DNA of 64,000 nucleotides from an uncultured Candidatus Saccharibacteria bacterium (GCA_964468845.1 CAYXWP010000001.1:6411-70410); one strand, 5' to 3'. Numbered from the stretch's first letter, positions 27,180 to 38,415 are shown. A program made the numbers and translations. Notes: generated by a model not told the origin, from the letters alone.

Positions 27180-28712
27180 ATGTTAACAACCTCACTTCAA
27201 AAATCAAGCCTTAATTTAAGCCATAGTCTCATATTAACATCTCTATTTACACTAATCATCCTTGGAGGTTTTTTACGTTTCTACAACCTCTCATCTCAAT
27301 CATATTGGATGGATGAGGGTTATACAGTGAACGCAGTCATGTCTATTTCTGAACATGGATCAACTATTCTAGACTCAGGCCAGAATTACTCATGTCCAAC
27401 ATACTGCTATCCTACGGCATTATTTGTAAAAATACTTGGTAATGATCCGGGAACTTACCGTCTACTATCTGTGATAGTTGGGTTAATTTTTATTGTTGCA
27501 ATATTCTTTATTGTTAGGAAACTCTTCGATAAAAATATTGCATTACTTTCATCTTTTTTTATTACTTTTTCCTATTGGCAGATAGCATGGTCTAGACAAG
27601 CACGTTGGTATACCCTTTTTGCTTTATTTTTTTGGTTAGCTATTTATTTCTTTTATCAAGCTATCTATTCTGAGAAAAAAAGATACGTAAACATTCTTCT
27701 TACTACTACTTTCTCAGTCCTTGCTATCCTTACTCATGGTTTGGGGTATTTGTTACCTATTATATTCATTGGTTGGATATTGCTGGATCAAGTATTCATT
27801 CAAAGGAATTTTAATTGGAAAAAGAACCTCCTTGTTCTAGCAGGCGGAACGATTGTCTTATATATATTCAATCTCATATCAAATATCGATATAATAGGAT
27901 ATCTTTTAAATACCTTCAAGCTTCACTATGTTCTGCCATACTATCTGAATTTTTATCTCCGAAACTATTGGCTCTTTATTGTCCTTGCTCTTGTCGCAAT
28001 TTTTAGTAATAACAAGTCTTATAGAAAAGAAATATATTTTTTATTATTTACTTTTCTTATTTACTTTATTCCCCTCTCTCTATTCACAGACATCGTTCAG
28101 TATCGTTATATGTTCCATCTGACACCAATTTTTTTTATACTGGGTTCTATGGGGGTATTCCAACTACACAATGATATAAAGAGCCTATACGGAAAAGTTA
28201 TACTTTGGATTGTAGTTGTGGGCCTATTTGCTACTATAGCTGGTGGCGTATTTATTCCAAAGACAAACTATTATCTAGAATCTGATAATCCAAGTACTCT
28301 TGGTGACCGTCCTTACTATGCTTATACTCCTCAGCCAAATTGGTCTGGTGCATACGGCTTTATAAAAGCCAATAGTAATGCTGATTCTAAAATTATTTCT
28401 AGTCATCCTCACTTCAATAAAATATTTCTTGGCCAAGCTGGTTATTGGATAAAGTATAACTATCTCGGTTTTGATAATAAAGCTGAATATAGTAAAGATA
28501 ATAAAGAATTCTATGTTGGAGCAGAAATCATTAATAATATTGATAAGTTAAAGACTATAGTGACAAATAGTAATGGCTATATCGTATTTGACTACATGGC
28601 TACAGACGGAAGAATATTGCCTGAGATTATTGATTATATAGAAACCAATTTGGATCTAGTATTTCACGATTTTACAAACTCATATTCTGAAGTCTGGGTG
28701 TATAAATTTTAG
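27180..28712 (+). CDS. GT-C fold membrane glycosyltransferase (PMT/ArnT-like)
   Basis: LRFYNL..QSYWMDE, RLLS, WSRQARWY, QYRYM; many TM helices. Confidence 0.82.
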   Translation: MLTTSLQKSSLNLSHSLILTSLFTLIILGGFLRFYNLSSQSYWMDEGYTVNAVMSISEHGSTILDSGQNYSCPTYCYPTALFVKILGNDPGTYRLLSVIVGLIFIVAIFFIVRKLFDKNIALLSSFFITFSYWQIAWSRQARWYTLFALFFWLAIYFFYQAIYSEKKRYVNILLTTTFSVLAILTHGLGYLLPIIFIGWILLDQVFIQRNFNWKKNLLVLAGGTIVLYIFNLISNIDIIGYLLNTFKLHYVLPYYLNFYLRNYWLFIVLALVAIFSNNKSYRKEIYFLLFTFLIYFIPLSLFTDIVQYRYMFHLTPIFFILGSMGVFQLHNDIKSLYGKVILWIVVVGLFATIAGGVFIPKTNYYLESDNPSTLGDRPYYAYTPQPNWSGAYGFIKANSNADSKIISSHPHFNKIFLGQAGYWIKYNYLGFDNKAEYSKDNKEFYVGAEIINNIDKLKTIVTNSNGYIVFDYMATDGRILPEIIDYIETNLDLVFHDFTNSYSEVWVYKF

Positions 28713-28753
28713 CTATTGTAATATGGTCATAAATATGACATAATATTGCCCAC

Positions 28754-29836
28754 ATGAATAACTTTCTGAAACACTTAAGAAGTGGCCTTTGGCTCAAATC
28801 CCCTATCTTCTGGGCTCGCTTCCTCGCTTACGCTATCCCTCTCACCTTCCTCCTCTATGTTCTATATATGAACTTCCTTCCTTTTGGCTATAATAAGAGC
28901 TTTGTAATAGATGTTGGTAGTCCTACCGATACTAAAGTCAGTGAATTCTATCTCGAACCATCGAAAGATCTCTCAGAATCAAAAGTTGGTCCTGATGGTA
29001 AAACATACCGTGAACTTAACGGTACAGCTTCAGTTGTTTTCAAACCAAAGGTCATATTAAAAAATGCTACTGCTACTATATCAGTTGATGGTGAAGGTGT
29101 GTCAATAATCCCTCCAGTAATCAACTTTGATCCATCTAGTATCACAGACTGGGACTATAGTTGGGACTTCACAAAAGGAATTCCGAAGGAATTGGTAGGC
29201 AACGCCTTCATGTTCGATGGTGCTACGTATTTCGATGGTAAAAGCAGACTAGAGCTTCCAAATACTGCAAATAAGTTTGAAAACAGAGCATTCAGTATTT
29301 ATGTAGAATGGGAGCCAAGAGATAGTGAGAATAATACCCAGCAAATCATCGGACACTATAACTGGGAAATATGGCAGAATAAAGAGACGGTAGAATTTCG
29401 TGTCGGTAGAATGACGAATAATACTGGTCCTGCATACTCACTAAAGTTTAACATCATTCCAGATTTTTTTAATAAGAGTCATACAGCACTAGCAATATAT
29501 AATCCATCAGAAAGTGGCTATATAGAATTTTATGTTGACGGTAACTTTGCTGGAAGAACATATTTTGCTAATGAAAAAATATTTACTAAATATGGGGATC
29601 AGAATTTAAGTTTGGGATGGACACCACATAACAATAGTAATAGTCCATACTTTATTGGATCGGTTTATAAGGTAAACACCGTCTCCAAGAATGTATTACA
29701 GCCTCAATCTGAGATAAGCCTTACAGCGACTAATAGTGATCCGATTTATATTTCTATTATTTCCACTTATGACACCTCAACCTCGACTGCCACCTCGACT
29801 ATTAGGCAAATAAAATTAAATGCCATTCAAAAATAA
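28754..29836 (+). CDS. Membrane-anchored LamG/concanavalin-like domain protein
   Basis: N-terminal TM; YFDG, FSIYVEW, IEFYVDG, LSLG..YFIG pattern; S/T-rich tail. Confidence 0.7.
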   Translation: MNNFLKHLRSGLWLKSPIFWARFLAYAIPLTFLLYVLYMNFLPFGYNKSFVIDVGSPTDTKVSEFYLEPSKDLSESKVGPDGKTYRELNGTASVVFKPKVILKNATATISVDGEGVSIIPPVINFDPSSITDWDYSWDFTKGIPKELVGNAFMFDGATYFDGKSRLELPNTANKFENRAFSIYVEWEPRDSENNTQQIIGHYNWEIWQNKETVEFRVGRMTNNTGPAYSLKFNIIPDFFNKSHTALAIYNPSESGYIEFYVDGNFAGRTYFANEKIFTKYGDQNLSLGWTPHNNSNSPYFIGSVYKVNTVSKNVLQPQSEISLTATNSDPIYISIISTYDTSTSTATSTIRQIKLNAIQK

Positions 29837-31625
29837 TATAAATAAGTATATTTATTCAACATATAGGTATTTTATTATACCATTTTGCTTAATGAGTAGT
29901 ATTGTAATATTAGTCATTATTATTTATTTTCCTATCTATGGTAATACATTTAAACCTTATACTGGTTTAATTAGCCCCCTAAAATTTTTTTCAGCATTGG
30001 GATTAATCATGCTAATAATTAAATTTAATAATTATTTTAAGACCCCAAAACAATCTATAGATATAAAAAAGGAATACTTTTTTCATCCAATATTGCTCAC
30101 AGCATTTATTATTACATACATTTTAACCAGATTGTATTTTATCCTTCATTCCCCGATTAATGTCTCTGATGATTGGCAAGCGATTACTTCAGGAAAAAGC
30201 ATAATAGAAAATGGTTATTTTCCATCAATCACCACTAATGATTCTCAATATGGATATATTAGGGGCGCGTATGTTTCAATTCTTGTTGCAATATTTTTTA
30301 AATTGTTTGGATATAGTATTTATGTTGCAAAGGCAGTACCAGCTTTTATTGGATTATTAAACTCAATATTGTTTTATAATATTTGTAGCAAGATTTTTCA
30401 AAATAGGTGGGTAAAAGTATTGTCATTGATAATATATATAGTTTGTCCACTAATTATATTTAATGATTGGTTTATTAGAATGTATGTTTTTTATGAGTTT
30501 TTTGCACTTTTAAGTATATTATTTCTATTTAGGATCAATTTATTTATTGAAACTAAACAAAACAAAAAAATACTCACGTATATTATATTAATAGTCCTCA
30601 TAAATATATTTTGTTGGTTTCTAAGCTTTGATCCAGGAAAATACCTTATACTCATACTAAATATATTTGGTTTATTTGCGATTCTATTTTTAAATAGAAA
30701 AGAATTATACAAATTTGATATTATAAAAAAGATAACTTGTAATAAGTTTTTACGAATTACTGATATGTTTATATTAGTAACTATTATTATGTCTGGGTTT
30801 ATGATTAGATATTTCCCAGTAATTCAGGATAGAATATTTTTTTTATTAAATGGTAAATTAGATAACTCATTACATTTATCTTTTTATAAAATATTTTTTG
30901 AGGAAAATATAATATTAACACTTCTCTTTATTACTTCCTCATTATTTATTGTAAAATTAAAAAATAACAGTAGTAAATTAATTACCATTATAGGAATATC
31001 GTTATTTTTACTTCATTTAATTTCAAGTGATGACCTACAAGTTTCAAGAGGATTACTATATTTTATACCAATCTACATTATTATTGCTTTAATTTCACTT
31101 GAAAATATTATTGAGTGGATAGGATCTAAGTTATTTTCTATTTTACTTATTATGATAATTGTATTAAATATATTACTATCTTTTCCTTTAAATTATATTG
31201 AATCATTTCCGAGTTTAGAAAATGAACTTCACTATCAAGATGATCTTGGTTTATATTCCTTTATTAAAACAGATTTAAAAAACTATACTATATTACAATC
31301 AACATATGAAAATATGCCCGATTTATTTTTTGATACCTATACGGAATTTAATATTATATTAAATAGTCACTCTACAACTGATATACCCTATTTTTACTTT
31401 GATTCAGAAAATAATTTATATAGACAAATATCAACTAAAACACCAGTTGTGACAAACGCTGACATTTTTGAAAATAAATTTAATATTTTATTAAAAAATA
31501 AAGTAGCAATAGTAATTTTGCCACACGTTAGAGAATTATTTATTGATAATAAAACTTTTGAAGTGATAAGACAAAAACTTCCAAACTTGAGAAAATTTGT
31601 TGGATATGAAATATACTATAATTAG
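29820..31625 (+). CDS. Polytopic membrane protein, probable GT-C glycosyltransferase
   Basis: TRLY...SDD, GY.RG, FIRMY motifs, over 10 TM segments; glycosylation locus. Confidence 0.65.
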   Translation: MPFKNNINKYIYSTYRYFIIPFCLMSSIVILVIIIYFPIYGNTFKPYTGLISPLKFFSALGLIMLIIKFNNYFKTPKQSIDIKKEYFFHPILLTAFIITYILTRLYFILHSPINVSDDWQAITSGKSIIENGYFPSITTNDSQYGYIRGAYVSILVAIFFKLFGYSIYVAKAVPAFIGLLNSILFYNICSKIFQNRWVKVLSLIIYIVCPLIIFNDWFIRMYVFYEFFALLSILFLFRINLFIETKQNKKILTYIILIVLINIFCWFLSFDPGKYLILILNIFGLFAILFLNRKELYKFDIIKKITCNKFLRITDMFILVTIIMSGFMIRYFPVIQDRIFFLLNGKLDNSLHLSFYKIFFEENIILTLLFITSSLFIVKLKNNSSKLITIIGISLFLLHLISSDDLQVSRGLLYFIPIYIIIALISLENIIEWIGSKLFSILLIMIIVLNILLSFPLNYIESFPSLENELHYQDDLGLYSFIKTDLKNYTILQSTYENMPDLFFDTYTEFNIILNSHSTTDIPYFYFDSENNLYRQISTKTPVVTNADIFENKFNILLKNKVAIVILPHVRELFIDNKTFEVIRQKLPNLRKFVGYEIYYN

Positions 31626-31629
31626 AAAT

Positions 31630-32385
31630 CTATATATTTAAAATCAGTCTTATCTTCTTTTTTATTATAAAAATATAATATCTAAGATAACCAAAATAGA
31701 ACTTAACAATCAATGATGACTCCCTATAATTTTCTCTTTTCTGTCTTGAACTCACTCCATCTATTCCATAGACAGCAACGTCTCTATCTAAGTAACCAAT
31801 TCCTTTTTTTTGAATATAAAATTTACAAATCAGATCAAAGTCAGATGCAATTCTGTAGTTTAAATTAAATAAACTAAAATTAATAATTGATCTTCTATCC
31901 ATAAAAATTGCTTGATGTGGTGGTCTCCTACCAGCTTTTATATCTTTATAATTAAATATACCTCCAATCTTATTATAATCACCGCTCTTTGACATAAAAG
32001 TTACATTTCCATACAACATATCAATTTTTTGCGTTTTGTAATAATTCATCATATCTAAAATTGAATTATTGTCAGCAATAACGTCATCCGCCCCAAGAAA
32101 ATATATAACATCACCCTTTGACAGACTAACTCCTTTGTTCATCGCGTCATAGATACCACTGTCTGGCTCGCTTATTATACAATCGATTGAATCTTGGTAT
32201 TTATCTATAATACTTAGTGTCCCATCAGTAGATTCACCATCAACAATAATATATTCAAAATTTCTATAATTCTGATGTGCGACAGACTTTATTGTATTTT
32301 CAATGGTATCTTTGGCATTAAAGACAACAGTGATGATACTAAGAAAGGGTTTATCTATTTTTTTATTTTCATATCTTTTGTGCAT
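31630..32385 (-). CDS. GT2 family glycosyltransferase
   Basis: SIITVVFN, IIVDGESTDGT, EPDSGIYDAMNKG, GADD, PHQA. Confidence 0.92.
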   Translation of the reverse strand: MHKRYENKKIDKPFLSIITVVFNAKDTIENTIKSVAHQNYRNFEYIIVDGESTDGTLSIIDKYQDSIDCIISEPDSGIYDAMNKGVSLSKGDVIYFLGADDVIADNNSILDMMNYYKTQKIDMLYGNVTFMSKSGDYNKIGGIFNYKDIKAGRRPPHQAIFMDRRSIINFSLFNLNYRIASDFDLICKFYIQKKGIGYLDRDVAVYGIDGVSSRQKRENYRESSLIVKFYFGYLRYYIFIIKKKIRLILNI

Positions 32386-33646
32386 TTTTTTTAAGAAGAA
32401 AATAATAATATGATATAAATAATATATCAGTAAGACATCTTATACCAACCGTAGCATATACTCCACCCATAAATCCAAACTTACTAATTAACATATATGT
32501 AAATGGGATATTGAGTATGCCGAATATAAGTAAGAAATACATATTAATCTTTGCGTGTCCTGTAGCAACACTGAAGCCAACAGAAACGACAGCTGCGACA
32601 GCTTGTGTAATTAACATAATTAGCATCACATAAAATGCATTAAAGAAAATTACAGCCTGATATTTAATTAATATGTACTTTAGAATGAAAGGTACAAGTA
32701 AATATGAAGCAATAGTTAAAATAATTGAAATAACAAATATTAATGTAAAGTATTGTTTAAATTTTTTATATATTTCACTGACTCTTCCACTAGCATACAG
32801 ACCAGTAATATCAGGTGAGATCACCTGAGCAAAAATCATAAATGGTGACACTAGAATTAGAAAAATTTTATTAATCAATTCGTAAAAACCAATTTCGGAT
32901 ATATAACCAAAGTGACCTAATAGAATCACATCTACTCTGCTATATACAAAATAACTTAGACTTATTACACCAAGAATTATAGAATATTTGCTAATATTTC
33001 TAATAACTGATAAATCAACTTTAATCTTCCATTCTCTTGGCCAATAGCCAATCAGAATAGCTAAAAAAAAGATAATTGAAAATACGTTATTAGCCCAAAG
33101 AGCACCAAACAATCCCCAAAAATATATAAGGGGTAAAGAAATAATTAATCCAATAATACCCGTAAATGCGGTTATAATTGATAGTTTTTTAAATAATTTT
33201 AACCCGCGATATATTCCTGTATAGATATAAGTTAACGGAAGAAAAATTAATGATGGAATTAAATTTTTTACAAATATGAACTCCTTTCCTAATAGAGATG
33301 GTCCAAATATTAATAATAACAAACTCAATAATATTAAAATAGATCCAACAAAAACCAACGTACTAAATGATAAATATTTTAGTTTGTCTTTATTAGTTTC
33401 ATTATACTCGGCAACATATTTTGATGTTGCAGTAGATACACCAAAATCTCCAAATAAAACAAGTAGCATCAATATGGCTACTGAATAATTATAAATACCA
33501 AAGTCATATGAATTTAATAACCACGCTGATATAAAAAATACACCCAATATAAACAGCTGTTTCCCTGATATTTGAATAAACTGCCAAAAAGTATTAGCTA
33601 GTGTTTTTTTATTATTTAAATATATTATTCTTATTTTGTTAATCAT
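32369..33646 (-). CDS. Wzx-type oligosaccharide flippase
   Basis: About 12 TM segments; DFGIY, DFGVS, RVDVILLG, IGFY. Confidence 0.85.
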   Translation of the reverse strand: MINKIRIIYLNNKKTLANTFWQFIQISGKQLFILGVFFISAWLLNSYDFGIYNYSVAILMLLVLFGDFGVSTATSKYVAEYNETNKDKLKYLSFSTLVFVGSILILLSLLLLIFGPSLLGKEFIFVKNLIPSLIFLPLTYIYTGIYRGLKLFKKLSIITAFTGIIGLIISLPLIYFWGLFGALWANNVFSIIFFLAILIGYWPREWKIKVDLSVIRNISKYSIILGVISLSYFVYSRVDVILLGHFGYISEIGFYELINKIFLILVSPFMIFAQVISPDITGLYASGRVSEIYKKFKQYFTLIFVISIILTIASYLLVPFILKYILIKYQAVIFFNAFYVMLIMLITQAVAAVVSVGFSVATGHAKINMYFLLIFGILNIPFTYMLISKFGFMGGVYATVGIRCLTDILFISYYYFLLKKNAQKI

Positions 33647-34598
33647 TTTTAATACGTTTATATAAGACTGCAAAGTTAGTTATGATTAACGATAAACCAT
33701 CCATCCATGGCTTAATTAATAAGCTTTGAAAAAATAAACCAGTTTGATGTGCAGATTTAATTGAGAAAAAAATTAATAATCCTCCACCAATCATGAAAAG
33801 CAGTAGTGAAAGCTTTGGAATATATACGCAACTTAATAATATTATTAAAAAATATATTATTGGTATATTAAAACGAAATAATACACTTAATGGGTCATTC
33901 ATACCCATTTTAATCATGGTTGCTCGCCCTAAAGAACCTTTAATCAATGTAGAAATATAATCTAGAAAAAATGATGTATTGTCATGAAAAATAAAAGTGT
34001 GAGGGTTATAAATAATATTATAATTTGATTTAAATATTCTTTCACAAAGCTCTTTATCCTCAGAGAAACGGGTAACATTTGATGTTGTTTGTAGTTTTTC
34101 GAGAAAATTACCTACTTTTTTTAGAACATTTTTTCGAATCGCGAGATTGCAACTAGGACATCCACGCATATATTTAAAATGTTTGAACCTAGGATACCCA
34201 TCTAATAGTGCAACTCCGAGATAGTTTGATATCCAAGTTACGTTAAATGGTAAAATCATGCCTATTCCAGCACCAGTTTTAGTATCTACGAAAGTTTCGT
34301 CATTACAAAAATTTAGATACTCAGAATCAATTTTTGTATCGGCATCAAGAAATAATAGAATTTCTCCTAATGATTTTTCTATTCCTAAATTTCTAGCCTC
34401 AGATGGCCCACTCTTAACTTCTAAAAATACTTTTATTGGATATTTTCTAGCTATGTTTATGCTTGCGTCATTAGAATTATTATCAACATAAATAATTTCG
34501 TATGCTTTTTTTGGATAATTTAATTTTAGACATGATTGAATACATCTATCTAAATTTTTTTCTTCATTATAACCACATATAATTATACTAAATTTCAT
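33639..34598 (-). CDS. GT2 family glycosyltransferase
   Basis: SIII..YNEE, VDNNSND, ARNLG, FLDAD, SED; C-terminal TM. Confidence 0.9.
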   Translation of the reverse strand: MKFSIIICGYNEEKNLDRCIQSCLKLNYPKKAYEIIYVDNNSNDASINIARKYPIKVFLEVKSGPSEARNLGIEKSLGEILLFLDADTKIDSEYLNFCNDETFVDTKTGAGIGMILPFNVTWISNYLGVALLDGYPRFKHFKYMRGCPSCNLAIRKNVLKKVGNFLEKLQTTSNVTRFSEDKELCERIFKSNYNIIYNPHTFIFHDNTSFFLDYISTLIKGSLGRATMIKMGMNDPLSVLFRFNIPIIYFLIILLSCVYIPKLSLLLFMIGGGLLIFFSIKSAHQTGLFFQSLLIKPWMDGLSLIITNFAVLYKRIKND

Positions 34599-34599
34599 A

Positions 34600-35715
34600 T
34601 TATTTTATATACTTTTCAGCAATTTTTTTTAAATTAAATTGATTACTATATTTTATTATTTTTTCTCTATTAAAATAATTTTCGTTAAAAATAGTCCCTA
34701 TGTCTTTTATAGTCTGATCTATATTATTATATTCAATTAAAAAACCATTTGTATTATTTACTAAGTCAGCCTGTCCACCATTATTTGTTGCTACGATTGG
34801 TAGACCGACTTGCATAGCTTCCTGCAAGACAATTCCAAAACCTTCATGAACAGACGATAGAAAAAATATATCACTATTTTGTAAATATTGAAACTTTTTG
34901 TTTTGATCTATAAACCCAGTAAAGATTATCTTATTAGATATACCTAGTTTATAAGCTAAATTTTTTAATTGTTTCTCCTCTGGACCATCACCAATTATTA
35001 TTCCAATGACATTATTTGGTAATTTAGATATAACTTTAATAAAAAAATCAAAGCCTTTTCTTTTTACAAGCCTACCGACTCCGATAACATACTTTTTATC
35101 TACTTCCAAACCTATTTCTGATCTACTTTTTTTATCAAATGGCACCAACTCGTATGGTAGTGGGATAATCTGTATATCATTTTTAGGGTGATAATATTTT
35201 ATACAATTTTCCTTCGTATTTGAAGATTGGGCCACTATAGTATTGGCTCTATTTAAAAGGAAAGTAATGCATTTCCTTAAATACCAATGTAAGTGAGGCG
35301 AATTATTTTTAGTTGGATCATATATATCACCACCATGAAGAGAGACTATATTTTTAATATGAAATAGTCTTGCTAAAATATATCCAAGTGGGCCAGTAGG
35401 CACTACAAACTGGGTATTAATAAACTCATATTTATTCTTTCTACATAAAGATATCCCTTTCCACAACCCAGAAATTGGATAACAGAGCATGGAAATAGTT
35501 GTGGCGGTAGATAATTCCTTTCTGCCAAAAACTTTTACTCTATATACATTAATACCATCAATAATCTCAAACTTTCTTAATCCTTTATACCATGTAGTAA
35601 TGTAGTCTACCTGATAACCAAGTTCTACAAAACCTTTTGCTAATTTATGAGCAGCAACACCTCCTCCCCCACCAAGTGGTGGAAATTCATAGTTTAGGAC
35701 TAATATCTTTTTCAT
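34600..35715 (-). CDS. GT4 family glycosyltransferase
   Basis: NYEFPPLGGGGG, VGRLVKRKG, EGFGIVLQEAM. Confidence 0.92.
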   Translation of the reverse strand: MKKILVLNYEFPPLGGGGGVAAHKLAKGFVELGYQVDYITTWYKGLRKFEIIDGINVYRVKVFGRKELSTATTISMLCYPISGLWKGISLCRKNKYEFINTQFVVPTGPLGYILARLFHIKNIVSLHGGDIYDPTKNNSPHLHWYLRKCITFLLNRANTIVAQSSNTKENCIKYYHPKNDIQIIPLPYELVPFDKKSRSEIGLEVDKKYVIGVGRLVKRKGFDFFIKVISKLPNNVIGIIIGDGPEEKQLKNLAYKLGISNKIIFTGFIDQNKKFQYLQNSDIFFLSSVHEGFGIVLQEAMQVGLPIVATNNGGQADLVNNTNGFLIEYNNIDQTIKDIGTIFNENYFNREKIIKYSNQFNLKKIAEKYIK

Positions 35716-36662
35716 TATTTTATTAGAATCTCTCTCACTCTATATCTCCTCTCATGTTTCGATGTATTGAATCGAATACCAATAAGTAGATCAATTACAA
35801 TACCGAAACTAAATAATATTATACCAGCAATTATTAGAAATGCTGTTATGAAGAAGAGGCCGTTTCTGTTGAACCCAAGGCCCATAAATATTTTTTCATA
35901 AAGAGTCCAGAATCCTGCTACGAATCCAAAGAAGAAACATGTGATACTTGCGTAGCCAAAAAGGTGCAGAGGTCTTTGTGAATATTTCTGTATAAACCAA
36001 ATATATACTAGGTCGATAAAACCTCGTATTGCTTTACTGCAATTATATTTACTCTTACCAACTGTCCTTGGGCGATGATTCACTACCAATTCACCAATTC
36101 TAAAACCTTTCCATTTTAAAATAGCTAGAATATAACGATGCATCTCACCTCCTATATCTAGACAATCAACTGCCTCCTTTGTATAAACTCGAAGCATACA
36201 CCCACTATCATGAACAATATCACCTATAAGTATTCGGCGAAGTATACGGCCAATACGTGTAAGAATATTAATACTAGAGCTATCCATTCTCTTCTTTCTC
36301 CATCCAGCAACTACATCTAGGTTCTCTTTTATTAGCTTATCAAAAAGGAGTGGTATATCAGCTGGATCATTCTGACAATCGCCATCCATAGTTACTACAT
36401 ACTTGCCAGTACAAGCTCTAAAACCAGCGTCTAAGGCTGTTGCTTGACCATAGTTACGGTTTAGATTGATGATCTTCGCATTACTTAGTGTATTGAGCTC
36501 TGTTAGGGTTTCATCAGTACTACCATCATTCACATAAATAACTTCGTAATCTCCTGAAATATCAGACAAAGATGTTTTTATTTCCTGATCTAGTCTACTA
36601 ATATTCCCTGCTTCATTATATATAGGGACCACAATAGACAGTCTTTTTCCTGTATTTTCCAT
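35715..36662 (-). CDS. Polyprenol-phosphate glycosyltransferase (ArnC/GtrB/DPM1-like GT2)
   Basis: VVPIYNE, NDGSTD, RNYGQ, MDGD.QNDP, HRPR..GKSKY, two C-terminal TM. Confidence 0.9.
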   Translation of the reverse strand: MENTGKRLSIVVPIYNEAGNISRLDQEIKTSLSDISGDYEVIYVNDGSTDETLTELNTLSNAKIINLNRNYGQATALDAGFRACTGKYVVTMDGDCQNDPADIPLLFDKLIKENLDVVAGWRKKRMDSSSINILTRIGRILRRILIGDIVHDSGCMLRVYTKEAVDCLDIGGEMHRYILAILKWKGFRIGELVVNHRPRTVGKSKYNCSKAIRGFIDLVYIWFIQKYSQRPLHLFGYASITCFFFGFVAGFWTLYEKIFMGLGFNRNGLFFITAFLIIAGIILFSFGIVIDLLIGIRFNTSKHERRYRVREILIK

Positions 36663-36744
36663 AAAAATACTATACATTAGAAATCAGTTTCTTACAATAG
36701 GATTACTCTTAAATCTCCAATATCAACCTTCCAGTAATCGCCTC

Positions 36745-38415
36745 CTACCTCAAATACTCTGGCGTATTCACATTCATCCAATCCACAATCTCTCTCATTA
36801 CAGAACCTGCACCGATAAGATTGTGTGTGGATCCTTTTTCTAGAAGAATAGCGAATGCATATCGAGGATTTTTGTAAGGAAAATACCCAGTCATCCATGA
36901 ATTAACTTTTTCCTTTGCCGATCCAAGCTCGGCAGTACCAGATTTTGCAGCAATTTCAACAAAGGGGAAATTTAGAGATTGGCAAGTACCTTCGGTAGTA
37001 CAAAGGCGCATTCCTTCCTTTATTATTGAAAAATATTTCTGTGGAAGTTCTACACTCCTCAAAACTTTTCCCGCTTCACCTTTTATAATACTCGGATCAC
37101 GAATCAGCCCGTCATTAGCGATTGCAGCGACAGCGCGAGCAACCTGTAGTGGCGATGTTTGAAAACCATATTGTCCAATAGAGGTGTGATATGTATTACC
37201 TAGATTCCATGACTCACCATCAAAATTTTCCTTTTTCCATTCAGGATTTGGGACAACACCATCTGACCCTGTAAAGAATGAACCTTCAATTTTTTCTCCA
37301 AAACCAAATGATTTCATGTATTTCTCTATGCGAGCAATACCCAACCCTTTCTGATCTTTATAACCTCCACCAATTTCATAAAAATATACATCAGAAGACA
37401 CAGCAAGTGCATGTCTCATATCGACCCAGCCATGTGCTTTCCAATCCTTGAAAACAGTTTGTAATGTTGGATAATACTGATTTTGTACAGAAATAGAACC
37501 AGTACTTAAAATCCTCGCAGTTGGCTCAATAATTTTTTCATTTAACGCAGCCATTGCCATGAATGGTTTAATAATGGAACCGGGTGTATACAATCCATCA
37601 ACAACTCTATCCAAAAATGGCTTCTTTTTATCATTTAAAAATGATTTAACTTTAACAGTATCCTCTTTCAACGACATAATTTCTGAGTCATATTCTGGAT
37701 AACTTGTCAGAGCCAGCACTTCACCACTTCTTGTGTCCATAATTATTCCAGCTCCTCCATCAAAACCCACTCTCTCTGCGACACCTTTTATTGCTCTGTA
37801 CATTTCAGATTGAACTCTTGAATCGATCGACAACACAATGTTTTTCCCTTCCTTAGGTGGTTGAGTAATATTTTGCGAACGAACTTTTCCGCTAGCATCA
37901 ACCTCAACAAGCTTTACTCCGTTACTTCCCTGTAGGTCTGAATTAAAATATCTTTCAATTCCGTCTGCTCCTTCAAAATCTTCACGATAATAAAATCCTG
38001 CCTTATCCTTTGAAGGATACTGAACGTACCCAAGAACATGTGCAAGTCCAACATCATCCTTGTATTTTCTCAAAGCTATATCTGGATCCTCGCTAGGTGC
38101 ATTCCATGCAAGCTCGACTCCATTTCGATCATAGATAACACCTCGCGCAGCAAAAATTGGAGTATTTCTTAATCTATTATTTTCACTTCTCTCATTATAT
38201 GCCTCACCACTTTTTATTTGAAGAAACCAAAGCTTTGAACCAAATACCAAAAAGACTAATACAAAAAAAGCCAAAATACCCATGAGACTCAATCTGGAAA
38301 TTGGTTTGTCCAAACGTCCTTCAAATTGCTGATTATCAAACATCGGCAAATTGTGAGAGTCCATAAATATCTCATCGGGAGCAATATCTTTATTATTCTT
38401 TATTTTATGATTCAT
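36745..38415 (-). CDS. mrdA: Penicillin-binding protein 2
   Basis: RGVIYDRNG, PGSIIKP, SSDVYFY, KSGTAE; downstream of mreBC. Confidence 0.92.
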   Translation of the reverse strand: MNHKIKNNKDIAPDEIFMDSHNLPMFDNQQFEGRLDKPISRLSLMGILAFFVLVFLVFGSKLWFLQIKSGEAYNERSENNRLRNTPIFAARGVIYDRNGVELAWNAPSEDPDIALRKYKDDVGLAHVLGYVQYPSKDKAGFYYREDFEGADGIERYFNSDLQGSNGVKLVEVDASGKVRSQNITQPPKEGKNIVLSIDSRVQSEMYRAIKGVAERVGFDGGAGIIMDTRSGEVLALTSYPEYDSEIMSLKEDTVKVKSFLNDKKKPFLDRVVDGLYTPGSIIKPFMAMAALNEKIIEPTARILSTGSISVQNQYYPTLQTVFKDWKAHGWVDMRHALAVSSDVYFYEIGGGYKDQKGLGIARIEKYMKSFGFGEKIEGSFFTGSDGVVPNPEWKKENFDGESWNLGNTYHTSIGQYGFQTSPLQVARAVAAIANDGLIRDPSIIKGEAGKVLRSVELPQKYFSIIKEGMRLCTTEGTCQSLNFPFVEIAAKSGTAELGSAKEKVNSWMTGYFPYKNPRYAFAILLEKGSTHNLIGAGSVMREIVDWMNVNTPEYLR

